Assembly: GCA_963845755.1 (NCBI GenBank) | Contig: CAWJTV010000007.1 | Location: forward strand, 1-64,000 | Reading direction: 5' to 3' | Length of the DNA stretch: 64,000 nt | Origin: an uncultured Planctomycetota bacterium | GTDB lineage: Bacteria; Planctomycetota; Planctomycetia; Isosphaerales; Isosphaeraceae | Shown here: in pieces, positions 23,249 through 33,128 of the stretch | How the letters are laid out: each line of letters opens with the position of its first letter | Position numbering within the stretch: the stretch's first letter is position 1 | Position numbers and translations under genes: made by a program | The notes under the pieces: generated by a model | Databases searched by the model: none | Told to the model about the DNA's origin: nothing | The model's input: the letters and a program-made list of their open reading frames with translations, nothing else

Positions 23249-23318
23249 CGTGCACGAAGACAGCCGCCATGACATTTCCGTCGTTGGCCCAAACTTCCCA
23301 ACCAATTGAGAGGTACTG

Positions 23319-24356
23319 ATGGCTCAGTCGAAACGCGACCACAAGACACACCGACACGCTTCAGACGATGGCGCCGCCGCAAGCCAGGCGAAGGCCGACA
23401 CGCCGGCCGAGGCCCAGCCCGATGGTGGGCCGCCGGCAGACGGCGGACAGGAATCCCGGCGCATCGAGCAACGGCCCATCGCCGGGCTCAACAATCATCC
23501 GTGGCAGGTCAAGCTCTACCACAGTCTGGAAGGCGCCGACTTCGAGGGTCTGGTTAACAGCTTTCGGCGTGAGGGCCAGCGCGAGGCGATCCAGGTTACG
23601 CCCGATGGCACCATCATCGACGGGCATCAACGTGTGCGTGCAGCCGACCAACTGGGGTGGTCCGAAATCCGCGTCTGGGTGCGCGACGACCTGGCAGGCG
23701 ACCAGGACGCGATCGACCGCGCGCACGTCCTGGCGAACAGGGACCGCCGGCAGCTCGATACGATCGACCGGGTGCGTCTGGCGCTTCGCCTGGAGGAGAT
23801 CGAGCGGGGCCGAAAGGTGGCCAGCCTTTCGGATTCCGAACAGGAGGAGTTCCGCGAACGAATTGGCAAGTCAGTCGGGCTCTCGGGCCGCCACGTCCAG
23901 CGGTACCTGAATGTACTGGATCTCCCGATGGTCTTACAGCGAGCGGTTTCCAAGGGTCGTCTCGGGCTGGTGATGGCCGACAGGATCTCTCGCCTCAGAT
24001 GGCGCGTGCAGCAAAAGATCGCCGACGAGATCGAGGCCGGGGGTGACCCGAAGAAGGTCGTCGCCAAACACTCGTCATTCAGGGGTCGCGGGTCGCATCC
24101 AACCACGAAGTATCGGCAGATGATGTTGGCATTGGCCCAAGGTCTTGATGCGGCGGAGGGACGCTACCGCGAGCTCTACCCCGTCAACGGACTCGAGGGA
24201 GATCTCGCTCTCATGGACCGACTGGGCCGTTTCCGCGAAGAGTTCGCCGAGGAGCGTCGCCGGAGCGAGGCTGAGTTCGAACAAGCCTTGCAAGAGGACG
24301 AGGCGCTTTTCGCCCAGCACGAAAAGCTGACTGAATCCTTATCAGGACTCGCCTGA
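23319..24356 (+). CDS. ParB/Srx domain DNA-binding protein
   Basis: IIDGHQRVRAA (GxxR), ANRDRRQL, HTH-like IGKSVGLSGRHVQRYL. Confidence 0.85.
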   Translation: MAQSKRDHKTHRHASDDGAAASQAKADTPAEAQPDGGPPADGGQESRRIEQRPIAGLNNHPWQVKLYHSLEGADFEGLVNSFRREGQREAIQVTPDGTIIDGHQRVRAADQLGWSEIRVWVRDDLAGDQDAIDRAHVLANRDRRQLDTIDRVRLALRLEEIERGRKVASLSDSEQEEFRERIGKSVGLSGRHVQRYLNVLDLPMVLQRAVSKGRLGLVMADRISRLRWRVQQKIADEIEAGGDPKKVVAKHSSFRGRGSHPTTKYRQMMLALAQGLDAAEGRYRELYPVNGLEGDLALMDRLGRFREEFAEERRRSEAEFEQALQEDEALFAQHEKLTESLSGLA

Positions 24357-24357
24357 C

Positions 24358-25956
24358 GTGGACACCGCCACGATGACCATCCGGATTCGCGGCGACGGCC
24401 TCATCGCCGCGATCTCATCGCCGCCGCCCGAGGTCCTCGCCGAGCTGACGGTTAACCGACGGCGATTCCGGCCGGACGGCCGGGGTGGTCTGCGTCCGGA
24501 GGCCGAGCCGGAGCCTCTGTTCTATCGCGCGGCTGACGGATCTTTGATCCTCCCGCCCGGGCTGGTGCACCCGGTCGCGACCGTCGGACGCCGTGCCGGC
24601 TACCGGGTGGAGATCGAGGGGCCGGCGGGACCCGTGTCCGGGATGCCGACTCCCGAGTTGCCCGCCGACCTGGACGACGCTCGGCGCCCGCTCGCTACCT
24701 CCCTGACCACCGCCCGGGGCGGCGTCATCCCTGTGGACTGCGACCGCGACCGGCTGGACGCGATCGAGTTGATGCCCCGCATCTTCCCGGGGCAATCGAT
24801 CGCCATCGTCGCAAAGACCCGCCGCGAGGCCAGGACTCTATCCAGGCGCCTCGGCAAGAGATTGAAGGAGCCGGTCGGTTTCTCGACGAGAGGCGTTAAC
24901 ACCCTCGGGGATGCGCATGCGAGTGGGGACCGAGCCGACCATGGACCTGTCGTGCGCGGCGGTCGTCGTCTTCACTGACGCGCGCCAGGTCCTGCATCGG
25001 CGCGTGCTGCGCCAACTGTCGATGATCTGGAAGCGACGGGCCTACGGGTTCCTGGGCCCGGAGGCCGACCTGAGTCGTCGGGAGTGGCTGGTCGTCGAAG
25101 CATCACTCGGGCCCGTCGTCGGCCGGCTGGGCGTGCCGGACGACCATCTGGTCGAGATCCAGGCCGGCTTTGCGGACTGGCCCGGAGGCGAGCAGCCGGA
25201 CCGACCCCTGGGCCTGGAGTGGAAACGGGCTTCGATCTGGCACAGCGCCGGACGCAACCTGGCGATTGCCCGGCTGGCAAGGGCCCTGGCCGGTGGCGAT
25301 GCCGAGATCCCATGGGATTACGGCTTGTTCGACTTCCTCGATCCGCAACTCCGCGAAGGCCGGCGCGTGGCCATCCTGGTCGAGTCCACCGAGCACGCCG
25401 ATGTCCTCGCGCGGCTGTTGCCGGGTTGGTGTGTCCTGCGGGCCGAGCCATCGGGCTCATCGGGCACGCATCGGGCTGAGGGGCCTACCCGTCACAGCTC
25501 AGACATGCCGCCGCAGGCCCCCAATCGGTCGATCATTACCTGGCTCGCCGCCTGGCGGCGGGGCGGGATCCAGACCGATGTCGTGATCCGGGCCGACGGG
25601 ACGCCGTGGCCGCTCGATCTACCGCTCTGGCCGGCGAGCCACGGCCAGGGCGTCGGGCGGCCCGTCTTGCTTGTTGACCTCGCCGACGGCCAGGACCGGA
25701 CCGCGGGGAGGCAAGGTACGCCCGAATGCACTATTACCGGGACCGGGGCTGGCTCGTGGCGGGTCGGCCGCCGCTCTCCAGCCACAAGTGGTCCCCTAAT
25801 GTTCGACGAGCTTCGTTGTGTGGGGGTCGCCAGACGAAGACCCAGGCCGTCCCGCCGAGCCCGGACATCGTGTCCGGCACCGGCACGGGGAGTGGGCCGT
25901 TTATGGGCCGCCACGATGAGGATTGTCCGGGCGGATCGGATACCCACGAGACCTGA
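24358..25956 (+). CDS. degenerate SF2 helicase-like protein (frameshifts ~24910 and ~25720)
   Basis: IAIVAKTR, VGT, VVVFTDA, RNLAIARLA, VAILVESTEHA, DVVIRADG and VLLVDLAD follow SF2 motif order, but there is no GKT or DExH. Confidence 0.55.
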
Positions 25957-26403
25957 TTCGGGGATGATTTTTGCCTAATATTCGGAGACCACATATGTCT
26001 CAGGTCGGCGTGAAATCGACCTGGTTCGCCCGATCCGGGGGCATACTCCGATGCGGCCGGGCTCGACGCCTCTCCGGTGCTGCTGGTCCGGAGCGAAACG
26101 CTGCGATGGCGGGGGCTCGCGTAGGTCGGGTCGGTTCGCTGGCGACATCAGACCGTCGCTCGCGTCCGGGGTGGGCCGGCGATGCCGTCGTTGGTGCGGG
26201 GCCTGCCGATGCGCCTGGGCAGGCCGCAGGTGGGACGATCGATCTGGATGGTTCGTAACCGGGGCCGTTGGCGTTCAGCCGCGACCGGGCCGGCCGGATC
26301 GCGAGGGTTGGAACGGGAAGCTGACCGTGTGGCGCACAGGCCGGGCGATCGCGTGGATCGGCCCAGTGCTCGCCCGGTAGACCAGATAAGAAAGGAAAGC
26401 CGC

Positions 26404-27744
26404 ATGTATAACAGCCCGCGTCGACGGGGGGGCTCTAACCGACCCGCCGACGCTCGTGCCCGCCGGGTGCCTGCCGACTACCACGAGGGGTCGTGCCGGG
26501 ACTACCTGCGCCGACACGAGCGCGAGTCCGCCGATGCCGCCCGAGCGACAGGCGCGAGAGCGAACCGAGTTCGCCGGTTGTCTGTTCCGCAGGGCGGCCG
26601 ATTCTCGCAATCTCAGGTGTGCGATCGATTATCTGGCGCGGAGGGCGGCAGCTCCCCGGGCCCGAACGGCCTGACTCTCGACGAGCTGGACGGCTCGGAA
26701 CGCTGGGGGCTCGCCAGGGCGCTCGGCGAGATCATACGGACCGGCCGGTACCGACCGGGGCCGCATCGCGAGGTGCGGATCCCCAAGGGACCGGGCCGAG
26801 GCCTGCGGACGCTCCGTATCCGCAACGTCGAGGATCGGGTCGTCGAGAGGGCGATCGTCCAGGTCGTCCAGCCGTTCCTCGATCCGACGTTCGCGGCGGC
26901 CAGCTTCGGCTACCGGCCTGGTCGGGGTCGCGAGCACGCCCTGGCTCATGCCGAGGCGATGGCCGACGCGAAGGGCTCGTGGGTCTGGATCTTCGACGAC
27001 GTCAAGGACGCCTTCGATCACGTCCCTCTGGGGCGGTTGATCGACGTCGTCCGCAAGCGGCTCGTCGCCGACGAGATCGTCGAGCTGACCCGGATCGTGA
27101 CCGACGGGGAAGCGAACAGGGGGATACGGCAGGGCAGCAGCCTGTCGCCGCTCCTGCTGAACCTCTACCTGGACCACCTACTCGACCGACCCTGGGCGAA
27201 ACAACACCCGGCCCAGCCGTTGATCCGGGTGGCGGACGACCTGCTCGTCATCGCACGGGACCGGTTCGAGGCGGAGGGCGCGCACGAAAACCTGAGATCC
27301 CAACTGCGATCTGCCGGCCTGACACTCAAGGCGACACCCGGGACGGCCGTCCGCGATCTCCCACGCGGAGAGACCGGCGACTGGCTGGGGTTCCGGCTCC
27401 GAAACGGGCTGGGTGGCCTGGAGATCCGACCGACCGACCGATGTTGGGGCAAGTTGGGCGAGGCCCTGGGGTTGGCCCACACGAAGCCCGCCGCACCGCT
27501 CCGTGCCTTCGAGACGATCGAGGGCTGGACCGAGCAGCTCGGCCCGTGCCGGCCCGACGTGGACCTCACCGACCTGTACGCGAGGATCGCCTCCGTGGCC
27601 CGCGAGCACGCCTTCGACGAGATTCCGACCCGACAAACCCTGGAGGGACACCTCCTCATGGGGTATCGCCGTTGGGAATCGCTGAGACGGTGCGCCCGAC
27701 CCACCATGGAGCGAGAACCGGCGGCTCCGCCCGCCCACGTTTGA
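26404..27744 (+). CDS. group-II-like reverse transcriptase, RVADD, no intron RNA recognised
   Basis: PGPNG (RT0), VRIPKG..RTLRI...DRVV, SFGYRPGR, DVKDAFD, GIRQGSSLSPLLLNLYL, RVADD, WLGF; RBS AAGGAAAG. Confidence 0.9.
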   Translation: MYNSPRRRGGSNRPADARARRVPADYHEGSCRDYLRRHERESADAARATGARANRVRRLSVPQGGRFSQSQVCDRLSGAEGGSSPGPNGLTLDELDGSERWGLARALGEIIRTGRYRPGPHREVRIPKGPGRGLRTLRIRNVEDRVVERAIVQVVQPFLDPTFAAASFGYRPGRGREHALAHAEAMADAKGSWVWIFDDVKDAFDHVPLGRLIDVVRKRLVADEIVELTRIVTDGEANRGIRQGSSLSPLLLNLYLDHLLDRPWAKQHPAQPLIRVADDLLVIARDRFEAEGAHENLRSQLRSAGLTLKATPGTAVRDLPRGETGDWLGFRLRNGLGGLEIRPTDRCWGKLGEALGLAHTKPAAPLRAFETIEGWTEQLGPCRPDVDLTDLYARIASVAREHAFDEIPTRQTLEGHLLMGYRRWESLRRCARPTMEREPAAPPAHV

Positions 27745-27967
27745 AGACCGCAGCCAGCGGTCGAACCGGCAAGGCGTCGAATCGGCGCCCTGCCAGGATT
27801 GCTACTTCGATTCGGATTCCCGAAACAGAGATGGGGAGCGTCCCGGTTCCGGATCTCGGCCTGTGCGAGCCCGGGGCCGGTTTTCTCCCGATCTACGAGA
27901 AAGTGACGATTGTCGATGACGAACACCGCCGAGCCGGTCGCGGAGCCCCTCGAGGGTCTGTGCGCTC

Positions 27968-28312
27968 GTGAGTTCCTTCGTCACCAAGGTTGCAGGTTAC
28001 CGGTTTCAGAACGGGAACCTCGCCACCGCCGGAGAGCCGGTCCGGTTCGTCCGCGAGCCGCAAAATGCCGCGGACCCCAATGCAATCGCGATTCACAACA
28101 ATTCCGGCCAGCGGATCGGTTACCTCTTCCGCGAGATCGCCGCTCGGTACGCGGTGCCGCTGGACCGGGGATTCGTTCGCCTCGTCGGCCGGTTGGCCGC
28201 CCCGGGCGAGCCGAATTACGATCCGGCCCTGGCCGAGATCAACCCGCAGGTCTATCTTTGGATCTATGCGGACCAGGCCTACCTCGATGCATCGCCAGGT
28301 CAAACCGCCTGA
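27968..28312 (+). CDS. HIRAN domain protein (start may extend to ~27916 via frameshift)
   Basis: TKVAGYRF...FVREPQNAADPNAIAI...RIGYL. Confidence 0.85.
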   Translation: MSSFVTKVAGYRFQNGNLATAGEPVRFVREPQNAADPNAIAIHNNSGQRIGYLFREIAARYAVPLDRGFVRLVGRLAAPGEPNYDPALAEINPQVYLWIYADQAYLDASPGQTA

Positions 28313-29685
28313 GGGACCGTGGGAACAGGGAGCACCGTGGGGACGGACGTTGGTAACGACAGCCGCCGGCTTCTTCGCGGCAGGCCCAGCCGGGTCGCAC
28401 GGGCCATGCCGGTCGAGGCGGGATCAGCCGAGCCAGGCCCGGCCACGCGTGTTGACCCGGCCGTCGGCGAGTTCTCATCCTGTTCGGAGTCGGACGGAGT
28501 AGTCATCGCATGCTGTCGCACTGGCTTCGGGTCGCGGCGGGCAGGATTCACGGGTTCCAACCGTGGAAGGCCTCCCGCCGCGCCAGCAATTCCCCGAAAC
28601 GGCTCCGTCAGGGTCGCGATAGGCTTGCGGGGCCACCGGTTCGGCGGCGACGCCGTTGGCCGACACCCTGGACTCGCCAGATTGCCGGCGGCTCTGCGGT
28701 CAGGGTGATGCCCCATGCGAGCCGTCGAGGTCGGCGTCGGACCGGCCTTCATAGGGACCCGGCCTGCAGCCGCGACCTCAATTCCGGGGAGTCCCGGATT
28801 CCACATCGGTCGAGGGCCAACCGCCGGCGCCGCGGCCTACGTGCGTGGTGTCGCAGCCCGATCCCGGTTTCCTCTCTCCCGGAGCGATCCTTCGGCTGCA
28901 TGGCCCGGTGGTCGCAAAGCAGCGTCGTCAACGGGTTGGCCGCGGGACGGTGCCCTACTCGAATATGCGGGGCCCCCCACGCGATCTAACGAGTCATGAT
29001 GGAGATGTGCGAAGCGCTCGAGCACCGTGGCGGTAAATCAACGGCCAACTCGGCGCGACCACAGCCTGTTGCCCCGTCGGTAACCCAGCTGCACGCGCAC
29101 CGACTCGGCGGCGGAGGGGCACCGACGTGATTCGACGGGGCCACGGAATGTGCGATCACAAGGCGAAACGGCCGGAGATTCGATGGCCCGGGAATGTGAC
29201 GAGCGGAAACCGCCAGGAATGCGGGCACGCAGGCCGCCCGACCGGAGCGTGAGGCAGGTCGGGGAGAAGCGTCGAGTGATCCTCGATTCGGCCGCTCCGG
29301 ATTCGCCAGCGATATCGGCCGTCCCACACTCGGTTTTCGACGTCAACGGACACAAGCAAGGGCTCCTGTGGGGCGCCGGGCAGGTGGCATCCGTCCAATG
29401 TGCATCGCCGGCCGATCAGGTCGAGTCGATCGACGGAGCGGGGCGCCAAGACCCCTGCGCCCACGCGAGGTCTCGCTGAAACTCGAATCCGGAGAGATCC
29501 AGGCCCTGGTCGCCGCCCTCCTCTGCTACCCGGGGTCGGGCGTATCTCGAACCGGACCTTGAGTGGCCGTCGCCCATGCCACCGGACGATCGTCCCGGAA
29601 GGGGACTAACGGGTACCGAGCTTGGGGTTGATCCTCGATCACGCAGCCCGCCCGGACGCATCCGGGGATCGGTCGCCCCTCATTC

Positions 29686-30579
29686 TTAAGGCCTACCGGC
29701 TTCCGCCTGGCGAGCATCGGGCCATGCTCCGACCGGGGTCGGCAGCCATCGGCTCTGGTCACCTTCGACAAGCTCGGCGAAGGCCTGCCGCGCCTTCTCG
29801 ACAACCGGACGGAACTCCATCAACACCACCGTTGAATCAGGATCCCGGTAGGCGACCTCGTATGCTCGCACGGAGCTCGCATACTCACGCAGAGCCTTGG
29901 GGCGATACGCCATGAGGACCTCGCGATACTCTGGCTGCACCCGGTCGAACTGCGCCGCGACCCAGTAACGGAAGAACGGACGCAGGGCGTTGCTCGGGTC
30001 TCGGAGTGTGCCGAGTACCGCGTTTGCCCATGTCCCGCCGAACAAACGGTTGGCCCGGCTGCACTCGAGAGCGAAGTGGGCTCCCATCGTATCTCGATGG
30101 ATTCTTCGCTGTGTGATGGCCTCTCCCTGCTCGTCCTGCTGGTATTGGTCGAGGGCCGCGGGAGAGAGCAGTTTGTTGGGATACGGAGATCCGGCGTTGG
30201 CGACGCGTATGAATCCCGCATTGATGTACCCTTCGAAGTCAAGGCCGCGGTCCAGGATGGCCCTCGCGACCTTGACCCAGATCGGCGCGTGGAACCGCCC
30301 CTTACAGTCGTAGCCGCCGTCCCATCGGCGGAGCTCATAAGCACCATAGTGATCGGGTCGCCGCGTGATGGCTTCGGTGGCTGCCCTCCGGCAGCCTACA
30401 TACGTGTGGCGCACGAGGTGCGTCAGGAATCTCGTCAGGTCGTAGCAGTCCGGGTCGTGCAGGCCGGACGGAAGCACCTTCTTCGGGAACAGGTCCACAG
30501 TCGGGGTGATTCCCGAGATGCCGAGGTAGGCCGTGCGGGCCATGAGCCGGTTCGTCACGTCGTCGTCTGGCAAGGGCAT
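29686..30579 (-). CDS. hypothetical protein (phage/island-type)
   Basis: 297-aa ORF overlapping the end of Rep-like B; WDGGYD..GRFHAPIW and PFFRY segments. Confidence 0.6.
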   Translation of the reverse strand: MPLPDDDVTNRLMARTAYLGISGITPTVDLFPKKVLPSGLHDPDCYDLTRFLTHLVRHTYVGCRRAATEAITRRPDHYGAYELRRWDGGYDCKGRFHAPIWVKVARAILDRGLDFEGYINAGFIRVANAGSPYPNKLLSPAALDQYQQDEQGEAITQRRIHRDTMGAHFALECSRANRLFGGTWANAVLGTLRDPSNALRPFFRYWVAAQFDRVQPEYREVLMAYRPKALREYASSVRAYEVAYRDPDSTVVLMEFRPVVEKARQAFAELVEGDQSRWLPTPVGAWPDARQAEAGRP

Positions 30580-31577
30580 TGAGCTCGCTCTTCGTTAATG
30601 GGTTCGTCGGCCCGGGGCTTGACGCCGCGGAAGTTGCCGAATGCCGCCCAGAGCCGCAAGCCCTCGCGCGCCGTGAGCGAGTTGATGACCTGCTCGGGGT
30701 TGCCGCGTAGGAGCCAGGGCGGGTATCGGCAGAGTCGCGCCACGGCGCGGGCCAGGGCCAGGCGGTCGGGCTGGCTGTGCTTGCCGACCCTGACCCGAAT
30801 GTTCCGATATTGGGGCGCGACGAACAAGTGGAGGTGGTCGGCATCCACGGCCAGGAGCTGCCGGATCGCGACGACCCAGCCGCCCGGATCACGTCCGCGG
30901 GCGTCTGTCGAGACGGCGATCGTCTCGTACCCGCCGAGCGATGAATACTTCTGCAGCTCGTGCTGCCGAAAGAACGGCCCGAACGGGATGCCGCGCGGCG
31001 GCTTGCGGACGCGGTCGGCCAGGAACGCGGTGAGGAGCCCGGGATCCGGGCCTGGAATCCGATGGGTTCGACTGATCTCGACCAGGCTGCACGCCGGCAT
31101 CTTGGGGCGACGGCTCGTACTCGCATCGGGCGGGAAGAAGACTCTGTCCGCGAGGTTCCAGATCGTCATCGCGGCCCGTCCCCAACAGAACGGGCAAAGC
31201 GAGCTGAGGCCGCACGAGCTGGACGGCCGCGCCGCGCCGAACGGCGGGCTGCAATTGCGGAGCTGCGAGATCCTTCGCTCCCTCCGGTCCAGGGCTCGGT
31301 CGTCGGCGCCGGGCTCCCAGCCGGCGTCGACTAGTTCGGCGACCCGTCGCCGCCAGAGGTCGATCAGGTGAACGACCTGGGGATGACGCCGCTGGAGGTT
31401 GCCAACGCGGCCAAACAGCGGATAGAGCACGGCGTCGATGCCGACGTTGGAGAGGAGCGAGAAGCGGGGCTGGGCGATCTTGAAAACGATGTCGCCGGGA
31501 CCGGCGCGTCCGGACCTGTCGCCTGCCACGCACGCCGGATCAGGTTCAGGATTGCACCGCATGCGCTGTAGCGTCAC
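30555..31577 (-). CDS. Rep_1-like Cys4 protein lacking HUH (paralog B)
   Basis: CSPPF...CGLSSLCPFCWGR, WVVAIRQL, LCRYP, LRLWAAFGNFR. Confidence 0.65.
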   Translation of the reverse strand: MTLQRMRCNPEPDPACVAGDRSGRAGPGDIVFKIAQPRFSLLSNVGIDAVLYPLFGRVGNLQRRHPQVVHLIDLWRRRVAELVDAGWEPGADDRALDRRERRISQLRNCSPPFGAARPSSSCGLSSLCPFCWGRAAMTIWNLADRVFFPPDASTSRRPKMPACSLVEISRTHRIPGPDPGLLTAFLADRVRKPPRGIPFGPFFRQHELQKYSSLGGYETIAVSTDARGRDPGGWVVAIRQLLAVDADHLHLFVAPQYRNIRVRVGKHSQPDRLALARAVARLCRYPPWLLRGNPEQVINSLTAREGLRLWAAFGNFRGVKPRADEPINEERAQCPCQTTT

Positions 31578-31700
31578 CGGCGAAGTCGCCGGCCCTCCTC
31601 AGGCGTTCCAGCGAGGCCGATGGGCGATCCTCGCGTACTGGTATTAAATATTCCTTTAGTACCATCTCTTCTTCGCTGCGCTCAGAGAGAACTAACAATC

Positions 31701-31734
31701 GACAAACGGGGCCGAGTACGGCCCCCCGTTTGTC
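31701..31734 (-). other. GC hairpin in an AT-rich patch upstream of Rep-like gene B
   Basis: GACAAACGGGG...CCCCGTTTGTC perfect 11-bp stem. Confidence 0.6.
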
Positions 31735-32485
31735 TGTCATTGGCTTTTCTTTCTTCTTGAAGAAACCCTACCAACAGCAATCCCTGACGTCGAGCAACGA
31801 TAGCGTCGCCGACAAGATCATGCACACCCTCGCACCTTCGGACAATCGACTATCTCGTGCCGGATTCGGGGCAAGATGGGCCGATCCCTCGGCTCGCACT
31901 GGTGCTTCCGGCGCGAATCGAGGCCGAATGGCAGGCCAAGGCAGGTCGGCCACGTCCTTGGTCGATACGGCGGTCGTAGTCGAGTCGATGACGCTGCTCA
32001 ATGCCTCGTCTGATCGAGATCGCCGCGACGAACGATGGGTTGGACCGGGTCAACAGGAGGATCGGCGATCTATCACCGCTCGATCTCGAGGGACTCGCGG
32101 TCTATTCGACGCCGGATCCCGTCGATTGACGCGGCCTCGACGTTGATCGGGACGACATCGCTGCCTCGCCCGAGCTGGAGCCTGGCGATCGGGTCGGCAG
32201 GTTCTCGGCGGCGCTGGCGCTTCGGCCTCGCCCCGGCGTAGCCCGCTCGGCGCACTGCGCCGCGGGCGGTGGCCGGCGCGTGCACGGGAAAGACCTACCG
32301 CTCGATCTTCGGCCTAGACACCACGGGCGGGTACGATGACGGGCAGGACGAAGATCAGAGTAGGACTCGAACCTCGCCGACCGATACCTACCACGATGGA
32401 CGCCGGATAGAGATCGGTTGGCGGTGGCAGGAGGCTCCTGGACGATCACCGGACCCGTGGTCTGATCCCTCTTTACCGATGCTTC

Positions 32486-32630
32486 GAGACAGGAATGGCG
32501 ACCTCACGCTAATCGAGCGGCTACTCGCCGCCGGACATGATGTCCGCAGCGTCTTCCAGAGACAGGAATGGCGACCTCACGTTAATCGAGCGGCTACTCG
32601 CCGCCGGACATGATGTCCGCAGCGTCTTCC
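32486..32630 (+). repeat. 73-bp tandem duplication
   Basis: GAGACAGGAATGGCG...GCAGCGTCTTCC at 32486 and 32559, one substitution. Confidence 0.95.
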
Positions 32631-33128
32631 GAGTCGTCGAGGTCGAGACAGGCCGCTGGATTTCGGGGAATGCTCCGCACCCTCGTCCTTCAATCCGCCG
32701 GCGCCACACCGAACCATCCGGACGATCGGGTGACGAACGTGCCATTCCTCAGCCGGCAATCGATGGAGGTCGGGCGGGCCGCGCGACGGCCGTGGGCGGG
32801 CATCAACGTCTGGCTCGGTTCGAGCGGGACGATCCCGTCTCTCGAGCGGCGTCGGGTTCTCCACGTGGCGGCGAACGGGTTGGCGGCCCTTGGGACGCCG
32901 GCCCCGGCGAAAGGCGGAGGAAACGGCCAGGACGTCTCGGCCGGAGCTGGGCCAGAGGCCGCAGGCGCAAGGCCCGGAACGTCGATCTCGAGGCTTCCGA
33001 TTCTGCCCGATTCGAGAATCTTGAGATGATCGTGGCGGGGCGGTACCCTCCCGCGGAATCCGGGTAACGCGCATGAGGTCGTCACACAACGACGCGAATC
33101 ACGACCGTCTGACTGGAGATCGATCAGA

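Noticed and set aside
26404..27744. RT as the DGR enzyme for the TIR-FGE genes
   Set aside because: The motif is QGSSLSP (group-II-like), not GNLTSQ; there is no avd gene or AAC-rich template repeat nearby
27745..27900. Group II intron domain V/VI after the orphan RT
   Set aside because: Hairpins are present and one ends near AC, but there is no AGC/CGC-triad domain V like the one at 45781
16620..29430. Short inverted similarity CCGGCCGA(C/T)CAGGTCGA between ~16630 and ~29410
   Set aside because: It does not extend convincingly and is plausible by chance at this GC content
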